Positions 45,196 to 55,616 are shown, counted from the first letter of the stretch. The stretch: DNA of 64,000 bases from an uncultured Anaerolineales bacterium (GCA_942492975.1 OW818655.1:2499281-2563280); one strand, 5' to 3'. Notes: generated by a model not told the origin, from the letters alone. Numbers and translations are program-made.

Positions 45196-46998
45196 TTAGA
45201 TCTCGCAGAAACGGTCGATGCGCTTGCCGATGATCGCGAGGCTGTCATCCCAGAATTTGCGTGTGGTGATATCGATGCCAAAGCGTTTGGCAAGTTTGGC
45301 GGCGGTTTGCTCGCCCGTGGACGCCAGCAGGTTCTTGTAATCTTCCACAAAATCTTCGCCGCGTTGTTGATAGATGGCATACAAACCCGTAGCAAACAAC
45401 AACCCGAAGGCATACGGATAATTGTAGAAGGACAAGCCAGATGAATAGTAATGCGGCTTCCAGGTCCACATGAATTTTTGCAGATAGCGTTCGTCAATGC
45501 CATCGCCGTAGGCGGCTTTTTGCGCGCGCAGCATGATGTCGTTGAAATCGTCTGCAGAAAGTTCAGATTCTGCGCGGCGCTCAAAGACTTCCTTCTCGAA
45601 CAGATAGCGCGAATAAATATCCACAACCACCTGGCCCGCGCCTTGAATCTGCGCTTCGAGGACGGCCAGTTCTTCCTGTGGATCTTTGGTGGTGGCGAGC
45701 ACAGCTTCGGTGACGATGGTTTCACACATGGTTGAAGCAGTTTCGGCCAGGGTCATGGGCGTGAGTTGCTGCAAGACTGTTTTGTTCGCCTGATATGCAC
45801 ATTCATTGTGGAATGCATGTCCCAATTCATGCGCCAGCGTGCTGACCTGATCGAACGAGCCGTCAAAGTTGCACAGAATGCGGCTTTCCTTCACGCCCTG
45901 CACTTCGGTACAAAATGCGCCGCCGCGTTTTCCTTCGCGTTGTTCGGCATCGATCCAGTTGCTGTCAAATGCGCGTTTGGCAAAGGCGGCCAGATCTGGC
46001 GAGAATTTTCCGAAATTCTCAAGGATGAAATCGCGTGCCTCTTCGAAAGAGTACACTTTATCGGTGGCACCAAGAGGCGCAAAAATATCCCACCACGCAA
46101 GTTTATCCTTGCCGATCTTCTTCGCCTTCGCGTCGAAATATTTGCGGAACATCGGGAAGGAACCCTGCATGGCTTCGAGCATGGCGTTGAGAGTCTTGCG
46201 GTCCATGCGCGCTGCTTCAATGGAGGAATGGATGGCATCCTTGCGGCCGCGTTTTTTGTTTAACACATTCGCTTCGCCCTTGACCCCGTTCAGGCAGGCC
46301 GCCAATGTTTCTTTCACTCCCTCCCAGGCTGCGCTCTCCGCTTCATATCCGCGGCGGCGTGTGGCCTCATCGGGATGGGAACGCAGGTTGATCAGCGCGG
46401 GCATGGGCATCTTCTGCATTTTGCCGTCCAGCTCAAAGTCAACAGAAAGCTGCGAAGTGACTGTGCCTTGCAGTTTGCCAAAGGCATTGCCGCCGCTGAG
46501 TGACAATTCAGCCGCGAGCATTTCCTCGGCTTCGCTCATCAAATATTTGCTTTGTTCGGCGGCTTCCTTCAACATGAACGCATGCGCCTTCGCGGATGGA
46601 TTCAGTTCCACCACCTTGCCAAGTTTTGGAGCGATCGTTCCCAACCAGGCTTTGAACTGGGTATAGAGTGTATCCATTGGCAAACTGGCCTGCTCAAACT
46701 CTGAAAGAGTTTTCATGGCGAGCTTGTCTCGTGAGTTGGTGGTGACAAAGGAATAAATAAAAGGCGCGATCGTGGAGGAAAGCGTTTGAATTTTATTGAT
46801 GCGGTCGATCGCCTCGCCGACCAGCACCGCCAGATCCTTGTCTTTGGATTTGGCGGTTGCCTTGCTCAACTTGCCTTTGAAGAACCTGTCCAAAGCAGAA
46901 ACCTGTTTTTTGTAATCTGCGATGGCAGCCTTGAATTCGTCCGATTCAAGCGAGGGATAGATATTGCTTAGATCCCAATGTGGGGCAGAAAGAGTCAT
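45196..46998 (-). CDS. M3B oligoendopeptidase F family protein (second paralog)
   Basis: HELGHAFH zinc motif, 600 aa, SD AAGGAG. Confidence 0.9.
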   Translation of the reverse strand: MTLSAPHWDLSNIYPSLESDEFKAAIADYKKQVSALDRFFKGKLSKATAKSKDKDLAVLVGEAIDRINKIQTLSSTIAPFIYSFVTTNSRDKLAMKTLSEFEQASLPMDTLYTQFKAWLGTIAPKLGKVVELNPSAKAHAFMLKEAAEQSKYLMSEAEEMLAAELSLSGGNAFGKLQGTVTSQLSVDFELDGKMQKMPMPALINLRSHPDEATRRRGYEAESAAWEGVKETLAACLNGVKGEANVLNKKRGRKDAIHSSIEAARMDRKTLNAMLEAMQGSFPMFRKYFDAKAKKIGKDKLAWWDIFAPLGATDKVYSFEEARDFILENFGKFSPDLAAFAKRAFDSNWIDAEQREGKRGGAFCTEVQGVKESRILCNFDGSFDQVSTLAHELGHAFHNECAYQANKTVLQQLTPMTLAETASTMCETIVTEAVLATTKDPQEELAVLEAQIQGAGQVVVDIYSRYLFEKEVFERRAESELSADDFNDIMLRAQKAAYGDGIDERYLQKFMWTWKPHYYSSGLSFYNYPYAFGLLFATGLYAIYQQRGEDFVEDYKNLLASTGEQTAAKLAKRFGIDITTRKFWDDSLAIIGKRIDRFCEI

Positions 46999-47050
46999 TT
47001 GTTCTCCTTGTTAATTGAAAATATACAGTCAAGTATACCGTGATGGAAAT

Positions 47051-47088
47051 AAAAAAACACCTGCCTGAGAAGGGTCTCAGGCAGGTGT
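47051..47088 (-). terminator. Rho-independent terminator of beta-helix gene
   Basis: 14-bp perfect stem acacctgcctgaga / tctcaggcaggtgt, followed by T7 on the minus strand. Confidence 0.88.
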
Positions 47089-47106
47089 TCGGGACATTGA
47101 GCGATT

Positions 47107-49230
47107 CTATTTACTTACCAGCACAAACCTGCCGCCAAAGTTGGTGAGCGCTTCGAAGTACGCATCACCGTTCATGTAGCCGCCGTTGATCACGGAACGC
47201 CCGTCTTCAAACGTTGCATCCTTGAGGTCCACCCATTCGCTGCCAGTCCAATACAGGATGGCGAGGGAGGCGGAATTGAACTCCGCAGGGATGAGGAAAC
47301 TAACGACGACCAAACCGTCCAAAGCAGTGTCGCTTCCCACGGGACTTTGATCTGCCAGCATTCCAGAGACATATTCCACGCCTTCGGGCAGAGCGCCCGG
47401 CAGGGCATCGTTCGTGAGCGGATTAAGAGAAGCCGATCCGCTGGTTGGGCATTTGAAGATAACCTGATCTCCATTCGGCAGAATGAGCACAGTGCCTGAG
47501 AACAGAACACAATCCAGCTCCGCGCTGCCGCCGCTCACGCGGACGATCTGCAAGGGCAATCCAGCGATGGTCTTATTGCTTGAACCTGCAGGGGCACAGT
47601 CTGTTGAATTTTCAACCAGTGTGCCGCCGGTCTGGAGTAAGTCACCAGAAGTGTTATTTGCAAATGTGACCCCATTAAGCGTGAGTACGCCGTTCAATAT
47701 AGCATTCAAACCATAGCCGCCGTTGTCGTAGATGCTGTCACAGGTAATGGTGATGTTTTGGGGTGCGTCTAGGTACAGACCTTCAACCGCGTTCGATGCA
47801 GCGGTAACGTTGTTGATGGTGATGTCGCTGTCGGAGTAAGCCTCCAAGCCATACCTGTTATTCAGGTTGAATACAGTTGTGCCACTCAGGGTGATGCTGC
47901 CAATACCATAGCTGTTGTCTAAGTAGGCCCCGTCATAATTCTTATTCCCATTGGCCGTGATGTTGTTGACGGTGATGTTGCGCGAGGAGAAAGCCTCCAA
48001 GCCAGACCAGTAGTTCCCGTTGAATTCATTCGTGCCGGTCAGGGTGATGTTACCGAAGGCATCGAGGGAGACACCGTCCCAATTCAGATTCTCATTAGCG
48101 GTGATGTTGTTGATGGTGATATTGCCCGCGTTAGAGGAAGCCACCAAACCACTGTAGTAGTTCCCGTTGAATTTATTCGTACCGGTCAGCGTGATATCGC
48201 CGGTACCATATGCTACAAGAAAGGCCCCGTCAAAATTCTTATTCCCATTGGCGGTGATGTTGTTGATGGTGATATCGCCCGTGGAGGAGGCAGCCGTCAA
48301 GCCAGTCTCGTAGTTCAGATTGAAAGTGTTCGTACCGTTCAGGGTGATGTTGCCGCTACCAGCTACGTTATATAAGTAGGCTCCCCCCAAGCTTTTATTC
48401 TCGTTGGCGGTGATGTTGTTGAGGGTGATGTCGCCTTTGGAGGCAGCCTGCAAGCCCCACCTGTTATTCAGGTTGAATTCATTCGTACCGGTCAGGGTGA
48501 TATTGCCGGTGCCAAAGGTGTTGTCCAGATAGGCGCCGCTTCCGCTCGTATTATTGTTGGATTTGACGTCCATAAGGCTGATGTTTCCGGTTGTCATTAC
48601 CGTGATTCCGTCTCCGGTTGTCGCGCCGTCCACGGTGATATTGTTGATGGTGACGTTGGCTGTCCAGTTAGTGACAGTCACTGGCACCGAGAAGACTGAA
48701 TTACCAGAGAAGGTGATCGTACTGTTCAGTGTAGTCGTTCCATTCCATCCGCCTTGCAGGGTCAGGCTGTTATCTTTTAGTTGATCTATATTGGGGTTTG
48801 TTCCATCAAAAGTCACATCATTTGTATTGTATGTGACTGGTGTGTAAAAATAAATAATACCAGCTTCATCTTTGGAAGCAAGCAGGGGCAGAAGATCGGT
48901 CACAGTCAAGGCGTTGACACAATCCGCAGTGACGGTGGTGTTTGCCGCAGGGCACCACATCGGATCGCCTTCTGCAATAATGGTCACTGCTTCTTCAGCC
49001 GCCAGCGGTTCAAGGCTGCCTTCTTCATTAATTACAACGATCTGGGTGTCCTCAGGCAGCTGCTCAAAGACTTCTGCAACCGTGAGTTCCTCTTCCACCA
49101 CAACGGGTTCTTCTGTTGCGGGCGGCGGGGTTCCTTCATCCGCAAACACGGTGACGGGGGTCACCAAATTCGCAAGCAAGGTTAATAAAACGATCAATGT
49201 CGTAAAGAGCAAGCGGTTGGTTTGTTTCAT
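47107..49230 (-). CDS. Secreted/anchored beta-helix repeat protein (paralog of 33072-35387)
   Basis: Shares ADEGTPPP.TEEP, GDPMWCP, LILPNGD..F.CP, a W.G.EW.DL module and the C-terminal FVLVSK with the other copy. Confidence 0.8.
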   Translation of the reverse strand: MKQTNRLLFTTLIVLLTLLANLVTPVTVFADEGTPPPATEEPVVVEEELTVAEVFEQLPEDTQIVVINEEGSLEPLAAEEAVTIIAEGDPMWCPAANTTVTADCVNALTVTDLLPLLASKDEAGIIYFYTPVTYNTNDVTFDGTNPNIDQLKDNSLTLQGGWNGTTTLNSTITFSGNSVFSVPVTVTNWTANVTINNITVDGATTGDGITVMTTGNISLMDVKSNNNTSGSGAYLDNTFGTGNITLTGTNEFNLNNRWGLQAASKGDITLNNITANENKSLGGAYLYNVAGSGNITLNGTNTFNLNYETGLTAASSTGDITINNITANGNKNFDGAFLVAYGTGDITLTGTNKFNGNYYSGLVASSNAGNITINNITANENLNWDGVSLDAFGNITLTGTNEFNGNYWSGLEAFSSRNITVNNITANGNKNYDGAYLDNSYGIGSITLSGTTVFNLNNRYGLEAYSDSDITINNVTAASNAVEGLYLDAPQNITITCDSIYDNGGYGLNAILNGVLTLNGVTFANNTSGDLLQTGGTLVENSTDCAPAGSSNKTIAGLPLQIVRVSGGSAELDCVLFSGTVLILPNGDQVIFKCPTSGSASLNPLTNDALPGALPEGVEYVSGMLADQSPVGSDTALDGLVVVSFLIPAEFNSASLAILYWTGSEWVDLKDATFEDGRSVINGGYMNGDAYFEALTNFGGRFVLVSK
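47790..48590 (-). repeat. In-frame tandem repeats of about 46 aa (about 140 bp), 5-6 units (GNITLTGTN.FN.N...GL.A.S..GDITINNITANGNKN.DGA.L)
   Basis: Seen in the translated protein. Coordinates are approximate. Confidence 0.7.
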
Positions 49231-49424
49231 TTGAATTTATGTCCCTGTTCCAAAATATATATCCCGACCCATATCGTAACGTATTATAAGTCACGGTGAT
49301 TACTCGAGCAACGCCAAATCTCCCTTCTGTAAGTCAATTGCAGGTAAAACAACAAGTTTGGAACTTTTTTGTAGTTTTTCAGTCTTTTTTGGAGTACAGT
49401 TAATATAGAAACTGGAGGCATGTT

Positions 49425-49901
49425 ATGAAACAAGATAAATTTCTAACCGGGATCCTGATCGGCATTGGCGTGTTGATCGTGCTCGCAGTGGCGCTGTTCT
49501 TCACGCGCCAGGATAAACGCGATTACATCGCAGAGACCGGCCCCGATGCCGTGGTGCATAATTATGTTCTGGCAGTTTTGAACAAGGATTATCAAAAAGC
49601 CTACGGCTATCTCGCAGATCTGGAACACAAACCCACCTATGAAGAGTTCCGCCAATCCTTCTTCAATGGCATGGTCAATCCCGGAGATGTAGGCATGGAT
49701 ATTGGCGCGGTGGATATCCACAACGACGAAGCGGTTGTATCACTTTCTGTTTACTACTCCAATACCGACCCGTTCTCCAGCCGTTATGCCAGCGAAGATC
49801 GTGCCCTGCTGGTATTGCAAAATGACGAGTGGAAAATAAATTCCATGCCGTATAACTTCTGGGATTACAACTGGTATCAGGAAGCCTTCAAACCTTATTA
49901 A
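49425..49901 (+). CDS. Membrane-anchored hypothetical protein (158 aa)
   Basis: SD TGGAGG and an N-terminal TM segment LTGILIGIGVLIVLAVALFF. Confidence 0.6.
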   Translation: MKQDKFLTGILIGIGVLIVLAVALFFTRQDKRDYIAETGPDAVVHNYVLAVLNKDYQKAYGYLADLEHKPTYEEFRQSFFNGMVNPGDVGMDIGAVDIHNDEAVVSLSVYYSNTDPFSSRYASEDRALLVLQNDEWKINSMPYNFWDYNWYQEAFKPY

Positions 49902-49994
49902 TAGTTCGCCAAACTCCGTACCTGGGAGCAGCATCCACAGATATTGTCATTGCGATCCGCAACATGACCCATCGCAATGACGGAAGGTAAAACC

Positions 49995-51917
49995 ATGAAA
50001 ACAATTAGACGACTTTACTTTTACGCTGTTGCCTTCATCAGCATTGAAGTAGTGGTATGGGGCGGCATCAGCCTGCTCCGTTCCATTTTTAACGCAAACG
50101 CGATCATAGACAGCGCGTCCACATTGGCACAGGCATTGTCACTCATTCTTGTAGGCCTGCCAATCTTCCTTGTGCATTGGCTATGGGCGCAGCGCGTCTC
50201 CGCAAAAGATGATGATGAAAAAACCGCAAGCCTGCGCGCCATATTTCTTTATGGCATCCTGCTTGCCACGCTCATCCCCGTTGTGCAGAATTTCCTCGCG
50301 CTGATAGACCGCACCTTCCTCAACGCAGCAAACCTGTTCGCGTATCGCGCCGTAATTGGCGGTACACAAACATGGATAGACAACGTCATCGCCATCGTCA
50401 TCAACCTGCTACTCGCCGCCTATTTCTGGAACATCCTCAAAGAAGAATGGCGCACGCTTGCCGAAACTGAAACCTTCTCCGAGATTCGCCGCCTGTATCG
50501 CTTCATCTGGATGCTATACGGTTTGCTCATGACAATTTTCGGCGCGCAACAGGCACTCGATTACGCCTTCACATTATCCACTGGCGGTGTGCTCGGGTCC
50601 ATTGGACGTGAAACCGCTGTCAATGCGATTGCTCTGCTTGTGGTCGGCGCACCGATCTGGTTCTTTTCGTGGCGCATCCTGCAGGATGTTTTGCCTGATC
50701 CTGCTGAAAAAGAATCTTATCTACGCCTCGGCATTCTTTACCTGCTCACCCTTGGCAGTGTCATCCTCGTATTGACGGCTGGCGGCAACCTGATCTACAT
50801 GCTCCTGATGTACGCGATAGGAGATGGCAAGAGTTTCTCCGAATTCATGCAGGATATCGGCGGTCCCATTTCGATCGCGGTGCCGTTTGGGGTCGTTTGG
50901 GCATACTATGGAAAATGGCTCAACCAGCAATTCGCATTTGACACAGACGAACCGCGCCGCGCAGGCAAGCAGAGATTGTATTTCTACATTCTCTCCTTCC
51001 TTGGCCTTGCGGCAACATTCTTTGCAGTCACATCCCTGCTTTCGATCATCATCAACCTGCTCTCTGCAAAGACCTACTTAAGCATCAGCGGATACGCTTC
51101 TTCGCTTTCCAGCGCGTTGGCCGCTCTGGTTGTGGGGCTTCCACTTTGGTTAATGACCTGGCGCCCTGCGCAGGCAGATGCCCTGGAAGATGGTCCAGCT
51201 GGAGATCATGCACGGCGTTCCGTGATCCGCAAAGTATATTTATATCTGGTGCTGTTCGTCTCCGTTATCGGCGGAATGATCGCGGCGGGCACTTTGATCT
51301 TTACATTGATCAATGCCGCACTGGGCGGTGAGACCAGCGACTTTGCAAACTCCATTCTCAATAGTTTGCAGTTGTTGATCCTGTTCGTTGTGCTGCTGCT
51401 ATATCACCTGTCTGCATTGCGCAAGGATGGCACAGCCCGCGCCGATGCATTGGAAACCAAACAGGAAAATTTCAAACTGCTTGTATTGGATAACAGTGAC
51501 GGCAAATTTGGCGAAGCGGTGCGTGTTGTGTTTGCGAAGCGCGCACCCAAAGTGCCAGTGACCGTGGTCAATGTCAAAGACGGGATTCCTGCGGATGTAC
51601 AGGCAGATGCCGTGGTGATACCAGGTTCCCTGTCATTGAACATGCCACAAAATGTGGCAGCGTGGGTCAACTCCTTTAATGGAAGCAGGCTCATCGTCCC
51701 GGATGAAGCGGCGGGCGTGTACTGGCTGAATGATTTCGGGCAGGTGGCTGATTCAGCGAAGGCATTGGCCGAAGGGCAACACATCCGCCCGCAATCGGCA
51801 GCAAAGACAACTTCCGCATGGACGTATATTGCCTATGTTCTGGCTGGTTTGTTTGCGTGCCAGATCCTGTTTAGTTTGACGATGTTGGGTGTTTCGATGG
51901 TAACTGGCGGGTTCTAA
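49995..51917 (+). CDS. Large polytopic membrane protein with repeated two-helix modules (DUF5671-like impression)
   Basis: Recurrent R(R)LY.Y...F(I/L)S modules, a soluble segment and a final TM. The start at the second ATG is preceded by GGAAGG. Confidence 0.7.
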   Translation: MKTIRRLYFYAVAFISIEVVVWGGISLLRSIFNANAIIDSASTLAQALSLILVGLPIFLVHWLWAQRVSAKDDDEKTASLRAIFLYGILLATLIPVVQNFLALIDRTFLNAANLFAYRAVIGGTQTWIDNVIAIVINLLLAAYFWNILKEEWRTLAETETFSEIRRLYRFIWMLYGLLMTIFGAQQALDYAFTLSTGGVLGSIGRETAVNAIALLVVGAPIWFFSWRILQDVLPDPAEKESYLRLGILYLLTLGSVILVLTAGGNLIYMLLMYAIGDGKSFSEFMQDIGGPISIAVPFGVVWAYYGKWLNQQFAFDTDEPRRAGKQRLYFYILSFLGLAATFFAVTSLLSIIINLLSAKTYLSISGYASSLSSALAALVVGLPLWLMTWRPAQADALEDGPAGDHARRSVIRKVYLYLVLFVSVIGGMIAAGTLIFTLINAALGGETSDFANSILNSLQLLILFVVLLLYHLSALRKDGTARADALETKQENFKLLVLDNSDGKFGEAVRVVFAKRAPKVPVTVVNVKDGIPADVQADAVVIPGSLSLNMPQNVAAWVNSFNGSRLIVPDEAAGVYWLNDFGQVADSAKALAEGQHIRPQSAAKTTSAWTYIAYVLAGLFACQILFSLTMLGVSMVTGGF

Positions 51918-51923
51918 ATTGAA

Positions 51924-51950
51924 GCAGGTCACGCTTTAAGCGTGACCTGC
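51924..51950 (+). terminator. Hairpin after membrane protein gene (no clear T-run)
   Basis: gcaggtcacgc-tttaa-gcgtgacctgc. Confidence 0.45.
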
Positions 51951-52000
51951 TCATAGTTAATGATATACTTTCAAAAAAAATTCAGCTGAGGCGATAAACC

Positions 52001-53134
52001 ATGAAAGTTACCCTTCTTCAAGAGAACCTTGCACGCGGTTTGAGTATTGTATCCCGCGCTGTTTCGCCGCGCAGTACCCTCCCCGTTTTATCAAACATTT
52101 TAATTGCAACAGATGAAGGCCGCTTGCGGCTTTCTGCCACCAACCTTGAGTTGGGAATTACCTGCTGGATCGCCGCACGTGTGGACGAAGAAGGTTCAAC
52201 CACGGTTCCCTCACGCACATTCTCTGATCTGGTCAACGCCATGCCGAACGATCAGGTGCAGTTGACTCTGGATGTGAAGACGCAGAGTTTGCATGTTAAG
52301 GGCGGCACCTCCAACAACGATATCAAATGCATCGACGCGCAGGAATTCCCGCCAATGCCCACACCTGAAATGGAAGGTGCGGTGCAGTTGAACGTGGCCG
52401 ATTTCAAAGAGATGATCCATCAGGTGGCGTTTGCCGCTTCAACCGATGAAGCCCGCCCCGTGTTGATGGGCGTGTTGATGAATGTGGAAAAAGATAAAGT
52501 GACCATGGCCGCCGCAGACGGTTTCCGTCTTTCGGTGCGCAAGGCGCAGCTTTCACAGTCTGTTTCACAGCCGATCAATATCATCATCCCGGCACGCGCA
52601 TTAAATGAATTGGCTCGTGTGGCTTCAGATGCCGAAGAACCCATTTACATGGTGGTCCCCAAGCAGCGCGGACAGGTTCTCTTCCGTGTGAAAGATGTGG
52701 AAGTGGTTTCTCAATTAATTGATGGAACTTTCCCCGATTATCACCAGATCATTCCCCGCAATTACAAATCACGCACGCTGGTTTCAACTGCTTCATTATT
52801 GAAGGCTTGCAAGCAGGCAGAGATCTTTGCACGTGAAGGCTCGAACGTGGCCCGTCTCGACATCAAAGAATCCAAAGGCGAGATGCAGCCAAGTGAAGTT
52901 GAAATTTCAGCCATCTCGGAAGAGACTGGCAAGAACGAAACCATCGTGGAAGCCACCGTGGACGGCGGAAGTGTGTTGATCGCGTTCAATGTGAAATTCC
53001 TGCGTGAAGCATTGGAAGTGATCAAGACTCCCAATGTGGCGCTGGAAACATCCGCGGCGAATGCACCAGGCGTGGTGAGACCCGTTGGCGATGATGACTT
53101 TTTGCATGTGATCATGCCCATGCATTTGGGATAG
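52001..53134 (+). CDS. dnaN: DNA polymerase III beta sliding clamp
   Basis: MKVTLLQENLARGLSIVSRAV..., three-domain length, C-terminal MPMHLG. Confidence 0.95.
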   Translation: MKVTLLQENLARGLSIVSRAVSPRSTLPVLSNILIATDEGRLRLSATNLELGITCWIAARVDEEGSTTVPSRTFSDLVNAMPNDQVQLTLDVKTQSLHVKGGTSNNDIKCIDAQEFPPMPTPEMEGAVQLNVADFKEMIHQVAFAASTDEARPVLMGVLMNVEKDKVTMAAADGFRLSVRKAQLSQSVSQPINIIIPARALNELARVASDAEEPIYMVVPKQRGQVLFRVKDVEVVSQLIDGTFPDYHQIIPRNYKSRTLVSTASLLKACKQAEIFAREGSNVARLDIKESKGEMQPSEVEISAISEETGKNETIVEATVDGGSVLIAFNVKFLREALEVIKTPNVALETSAANAPGVVRPVGDDDFLHVIMPMHLG

Positions 53135-53162
53135 GCAAATACCGAAATACGAATTTAACAAG

Positions 53163-53195
53163 TCCGCCGGGAGAAAACTGCCTGGCGGATTTTTG
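53163..53195 (+). terminator. Rho-independent terminator of dnaN
   Basis: tccgccggg-agaaaactg-cctggcgga followed by TTTTTG. Confidence 0.8.
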
Positions 53196-53236
53196 TTATC
53201 ATTGACTACATCACAATTATAGAAACAGGCCGCACA

Positions 53237-55615
53237 ATGACATTCCCCAGCATTTCCATAGACAATGTATTAAAAATATTACTCGCATTGAGTCAATATC
53301 CTATTCTTAGCGGGCGCATCCGTTCACGAATGAGAAAGGTATTGTTTGCGCGCGGGATCACCACCAAGGATATTTTCGAAGAAGAAGCGCGCCGCAAGGC
53401 CATTGAATCACAGGAACGCGAAGGATTGCACAACCCCTACGGCGAGGAACAAGCAGACGTTTGGGAAACACGGCTGAAACGGATCCGCGACTCGTTGACC
53501 GATTTTTACTTTGCCTACAACCTGCCGTACGCGGAATTCGAACATATTGTCCGCCAGATGCTGGAGGAACAGGGCAGCAGCGAATCTGAATTCATCTGGT
53601 TCAACCCGGAGCTGGCTCCACAGGATATGTTATTCGAACAAGCCGAGATCATCGAGTCTATGCCTGACGAGGAACGTAAAAAATACGAAGCGCGCCTGCA
53701 GGAAATTGAGGTGGTGCTCATTCGCACCATGGTCAGTGATCAGTTGAAATACATCAAGATGGCGCGTCAGTGGTTTACCGTGGCAGACCTCAAGGAAATT
53801 CGCAGGCGTAAGATCGGCGGCGGAAAAGTAGGCGGTAAAGCGGCGGGCATGCTGTTAGCCATGCGTATCTTAAAAGAAACCGCCCCGCCAGAGATACGAG
53901 ATTCATTCAAAATTCCTGTTTCGTATTATCTCGGCTCAGATGTGTTCTACAACTTTCTATCCATCAATGGACTAATGCATTGGAACGACCAGAAATATAA
54001 AACAGAAGAAGAAATGCGCGCAGACTATCCCACACTGCGCGAGGAATTTTCAAAGGGAGAGTTCCCGCCAGAGATCATCGAACGGCTGGATGAAATTCTG
54101 GTGGAAGCAGGCCATACCCCGTTGATCGTACGCTCGTCCAGTTTGCTGGAGGATAACTTTGGCACTTCCTTCGCTGGAAAATATGAAAGCATCTTTCTGC
54201 CCAATCAGGGAACCTACGCAAACAAAATGGCGGCGCTGATCAATGCCATCTCAAAGATCTACGCCAGTGTGATGGACCCAGATGCCCTGCTCTATCGTCA
54301 CCATAAAGATCTTGCAGATTACGACGAACGCATCGCCATCCTCATTCAATTTGTGGAAGGCCAGCAAATGGGACAATACTACCTGCCGCAAGCCGCGGGT
54401 GTCGCGTTCAGCCGCAACCTGTATCGCTGGTCACCGCAGATCCGCGAAGAGGACGGTTTTGTCCGTCTTGTGCTTGGGCTGGGCACCCGTGCTGTAGATC
54501 TGGTGGCAGATGATTGTCCGCGGTTGGTGGCGTTGAGTCATCCACGCTTACAGCCCAGTTCAGATGTCCGCTCGGCTCGGCGGTACTCACAACAAAACGT
54601 GGACGTGATCGATCTCGAAACGAATCAAATGTCCACAGTGCCAATGCGCGAAGTGCTTGCCGCAAATTACCCGTCACTGCGTTACGCCGCACAAATTGAA
54701 CAGGATGGTTATCTTGCCAATCTGCTCAGCAGTACAAATGAATTCGAAAAAATGGTGATCACATTTGACGGACTTCTGGCGCGCACATCCTTTGCAAAAG
54801 ATATTCGTGAAGCACTGAAACTTCTTGAAACACATTACGAATCCCCCGTGGATACTGAATTCACTGTGGAGATCGTTGAAAATGATTCACAGCGACCAGA
54901 TATCAACATCACCCTGCTGCAATGCCGCCCGCAAAGTCATTTCATCAGCGCAGATGAAGTTCAATTTCCCGTCAACCTAAAAGATGAAGACATCGTCTTC
55001 TCAACGCAACGCATGGTGCCGCAGGGCACCGTACAAAATATTCGCTACATTTTATTCGTCACAGCCGAAGGATATTTCAGCTTAACTTCCCAGGCTGAAC
55101 GCACTCAACTGGAACGTGCCATCGGCCAGCTGAATGCCGCGCTCAAAGATGAAATTTATATCGCGGTTGGCCCGGGCCGTTGGGGCACATCCACACCAGA
55201 TCTCGGCGTGCATGTTGCATATAATGACATCTTCCACGCGCGCTCGTTGGTTGAATTGGCAGGCGAAGCGTTGGGTGCATCTCCAGAACCATCCTTTGGC
55301 ACACATTTTTTTCAAGACCTGATGGAAGCACAGATCTATCCGCTTGCTGTTTTTCTCGATGATGCCAGCACCATCTTCAATCGTGATTTTTTCTACGCTT
55401 CGCAAAATCGTGTGCTTGATTTTATAAACATAGATAACACGCGCATCCTCAACACATTGCGGTTGATCGCTGTAAACGACTCCCATCCCAATCATCACAT
55501 GGACCTGATCATGGATGGCCGCAAGAGTCGCGCCGTTGCATTTCTAGCACCCGATGGAATGGAAACAGTGGAAGAGAAGATACCGATCATCTCTGCACCG
55601 CCGCAATTGGAATAA
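53237..55615 (+). CDS. PEP/pyruvate-binding (PPDK N-terminal ATP-grasp-like) domain protein, 792 aa
   Basis: GGKVGGKAAGMLLA and VRSSSLLEDNFGTSFAGKYES motifs typical of the PPDK_N domain. No obvious phospho-His swivel or PEP-utilizer C-domain was recognised. Confidence 0.75.
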   Translation: MTFPSISIDNVLKILLALSQYPILSGRIRSRMRKVLFARGITTKDIFEEEARRKAIESQEREGLHNPYGEEQADVWETRLKRIRDSLTDFYFAYNLPYAEFEHIVRQMLEEQGSSESEFIWFNPELAPQDMLFEQAEIIESMPDEERKKYEARLQEIEVVLIRTMVSDQLKYIKMARQWFTVADLKEIRRRKIGGGKVGGKAAGMLLAMRILKETAPPEIRDSFKIPVSYYLGSDVFYNFLSINGLMHWNDQKYKTEEEMRADYPTLREEFSKGEFPPEIIERLDEILVEAGHTPLIVRSSSLLEDNFGTSFAGKYESIFLPNQGTYANKMAALINAISKIYASVMDPDALLYRHHKDLADYDERIAILIQFVEGQQMGQYYLPQAAGVAFSRNLYRWSPQIREEDGFVRLVLGLGTRAVDLVADDCPRLVALSHPRLQPSSDVRSARRYSQQNVDVIDLETNQMSTVPMREVLAANYPSLRYAAQIEQDGYLANLLSSTNEFEKMVITFDGLLARTSFAKDIREALKLLETHYESPVDTEFTVEIVENDSQRPDINITLLQCRPQSHFISADEVQFPVNLKDEDIVFSTQRMVPQGTVQNIRYILFVTAEGYFSLTSQAERTQLERAIGQLNAALKDEIYIAVGPGRWGTSTPDLGVHVAYNDIFHARSLVELAGEALGASPEPSFGTHFFQDLMEAQIYPLAVFLDDASTIFNRDFFYASQNRVLDFINIDNTRILNTLRLIAVNDSHPNHHMDLIMDGRKSRAVAFLAPDGMETVEEKIPIISAPPQLE

Positions 55616-55616
55616 C

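Noticed and set aside
44593-45725. ORFs 44593-44988 (-) and 44943-45725 (-).
   Set aside because: These are alternative frames overlapping the rhodanese gene and pepF, with Arg/Pro/Ser-rich shadow composition. The 44593-44988 ORF is out of frame with the rhodanese continuation, which is in the same frame as the upstream part.
45766-46666. Plus-strand ORFs 45766-46263 and 45869-46666.
   Set aside because: Antisense to the M3B peptidase gene.
47790-48590. Regular repeats that might be taken for a CRISPR-like array.
   Set aside because: The repeats are in-frame coding repeats of a beta-helix protein, with units of about 140 bp and no spacer/repeat alternation. No CRISPR array or cas genes are in the window.
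49231-52000. Origin of replication or DnaA boxes near dnaN.
   Set aside because: Only an isolated 7/9 match (gcATCCACAg, about 49935). No clustered boxes or AT-rich unwinding element were seen, and dnaA is not adjacent.
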